From assembly GCA_002269645.1 (NCBI GenBank), contig NIVC01002256.1, positions 62,001 to 126,000 of the forward strand: a stretch of DNA of 64,000 nt, given 5' to 3'. The notes under the pieces are model-generated. The model was not told the DNA's origin and searched no databases. It saw only the letters and a list, made by a program, of their open reading frames with translations. Shown here piece by piece: positions 59,290 to 64,000 of the stretch (its first letter is position 1; each line of letters opens with the position of its first letter). Both the position numbers and the translations under genes were made by a program. Source of the DNA: Macrostomum lignano. Taxonomy: Eukaryota.

Positions 59290-59439
59290 CTGCAATTGAA
59301 GGTCGATGGTTGTGCCCGAATCAGCTACTGGAAGTAGTACCTGAGCTTGTGAATTTATGAGCTGGGATCTGCAGACCCGGTTGCTAAGGAAGACATTAAT
59401 AAGAACTGACAAATCAGAGCGATGAGATTCCTTCCTACG

Positions 59440-61860
<2,421 letters not shown>

Positions 61861-63034
61861 CGGTATTCTTATAGCGAGGGAATTTCGATAATCTTGAAGT
61901 TAAAGTTGGAGTCTGACAAATCCTAGAGTTAATGGACGCTGAGGTTCTTAGAGTTAGGAGAATGAGATTATATAAGATTTCTGCTTTCAGAGTCTGCCCC
62001 GGTAAGTTGCAGACTCGACAGCAGACTCCGAAGCAAATCGCATGTTACTCACGTCCAATATTGTCCATTCCGAGCGATGCTTTATCGCATTGAATAAAGT
62101 AGCAAAAGTGCTGGCAGATTTCACTGTAGAATGGAACCGTTGGGGGGGGGGTTTAAAAATTAAATGCAAATTTGTCACTGCAGCTTTTATGCTGCTGATG
62201 GTTAGCAAACAGCGACAGTACTTGCGGTTGCCAGGCGCCAGAGACCCCGTTGCTAAGTAAAACCTTAATGAGTCCAGATTGGAGCACATAGCCATAATTA
62301 TTCCCAAGTATTCCCAATAGTTGGTTGCTATTGGCAACTAATGGAGTACACAGAAATTTGCTCTCTCTTTAATCAAGAGTGCGACATGCACATGGGACTT
62401 CTGAATTGTTGTGAGCGGAAATCTCCTCACCTCATGATGCTTGACAATACTGGGATCAACTTCAGTTCCAATTATTAATGATTTAATTATATGTTAGCCA
62501 GAAACCGATTGCTGATTAACAAACTTCCACAGTTTGCAAAATTGCAAGTGGCTAAACAAACAGTGCTAGAAATATAATGTACGAGTTGAATTCGTTATCA
62601 ACCGGTTGTATTTATGCGTGTATGGCGGGCTTATTTTGACTGTGAACAGGTCGCAGAACCTGCATTCGCGAGTTTAACCAAATATAGTAGCTTAGGTAAA
62701 TTTTTGCGCTATACCTGCGAGCTCGTTTAATCTTATCACTTTAATGTTGGTCTACATGATCTTTATTTATAAGTCCTGTAAACATCCGCAGTTAAATATG
62801 ATCTGGTCCCGCGAGTCACCTTACTTATGCATCATCACTCAGCAGAGTTTGAAGCGCTAGGCTAAAATGCGATTTAAAATTCATTTTCATGGCGCCAATG
62901 TGCCATAGCTAGCTCAAGCCAAGCTCACGTACCGTTGGACATTTTTAGAAGCCGCTAACTACCGCTATAAAGCACGATAGCTAAATTAAATATGTCAACC
63001 TGTGGTAAGCGGAACGCTGAGCACACGGGCACAC

Positions 63035-63200
63035 GCTCCGTAAGGGAGTTGCAGCCTACTGGCTAGAGCGTCGGAGTCACGACTTGAAGGTCGGGGGTTC
63101 GATTTTCGATACACTCGGAACAGATTGTGTCCTTGAGCACAGTTTGTGTCTTTACTCTGCATCTGCTTCAGTTTATCCAGTTGTAAAATGGGGGTCATTG
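63035..63200 (+). mobile_element. tRNA-derived SINE family B with CORE-like domain
   Basis: ctggctagagcg (A-box-like), gggttcgatttt (B box), tgtgtccttgagca...cttcagtttatccagttgtaaaatgggg. Confidence 0.65.
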
Positions 63201-63299
63201 AGGCTGTGTGGCTCGGAGCGAGCTGGACGCGTTGAAGCTCCGCTCTGTCAAACCCTGATTGCAGCACTAAAAAGCAAACAGCTAGAGTAGTTTTCTTTA

Positions 63300-63654
63300 G
63301 AGGCAGGGGCCTGTGTGCTGCACCCTGGCGCACTTTAAGCGACATTGTCACACAACCGGCGAGAGGCATTACTGCCCATTCCGCCGACTCCCCTGAGCAG
63401 GCACACAAGCGCGCGGATACGTACGCAGGCACACACTCACACAGGAGTGTACAGCGGCCCTAACTTTATATTATCGTTAGGCATGTACACTTCACTGCGC
63501 CTTGGGGGGGTTGGCTCTCAAGGCCGTTAATTTCACGAGCAGAGCCAAGCCGAGATTCCAATTCAGCCCCAAATTAATGTGACTGCACTTGGAATCGAGC
63601 CTGGGCCGCTGGCACATCAGAGCGCCGCGCTGGGACCACTGGGCTGCGGACCCC
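63300..63654 (-). mobile_element. tRNA-derived SINE family A, near full length
   Basis: Reverse complement matches 45540-45890 along its length. Confidence 0.82.
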
Positions 63655-63884
63655 AACCGCTAGAGTGACTGTTGGCCCAGCTTTGTGTTGAGAATCACAT
63701 TGCTCAAATTTATTATTCTCACGGAGCTGCCCGCCCGGCTCTGATGGAACTCAGCGGCGCTGTCGCTCTCTATCAGCTGTGCCGCGCTTCTCTGGGCAAT
63801 GCCGAGCTCGAACCCCTGACCTCAGCTGCTACCCGAATCCTGCGCCAAAGCGCTCCAAAAACTCGCCTAACGGTGCCAACGACA

Positions 63885-64000
<116 letters not shown>

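Overview
Eukaryotic (animal) genomic DNA. GC-rich exons, GT-AG introns and a different minisatellite in almost every intron suggest a free-living flatworm such as Macrostomum (inference, not proven). No prokaryotic features, rRNA, intact tRNA gene or CRISPR array are supported. Host genes reconstructed by hand: the 3' part of a SYK-family tyrosine kinase (+), USP14/Ubp6 (+, 5 exons), ATP synthase subunit e (+), a Met-less membrane-protein exon (+), two paralogous secreted IL-17/noggin-like cystine-knot proteins (- and +), a 4-micro-exon 65-aa CaaX protein missed by the ORF track (+), a KCNE/SMIM34-like single-pass membrane protein (-), and a Niban/FAM129-like PH-domain gene (-). Mobile DNA: a Crypton-type tyrosine-recombinase composite at 2966-5558, a foldback mariner derivative encoding only its DNA-binding domain, a LINE 3' fragment and two SINE families. 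The most interesting items are: (1) the Crypton stack, in which a 150-bp hairpin element, an internally deleted copy and a 5'-truncated copy with an open ORF are all joined at TTAA cores; (2) the two cytokine-like paralogs, which keep Cys I/IV but lose the terminal CxC of the knot; and (3) the micro-exon prenylated protein. Most long ORFs in the supplied track are tandem-repeat artefacts.
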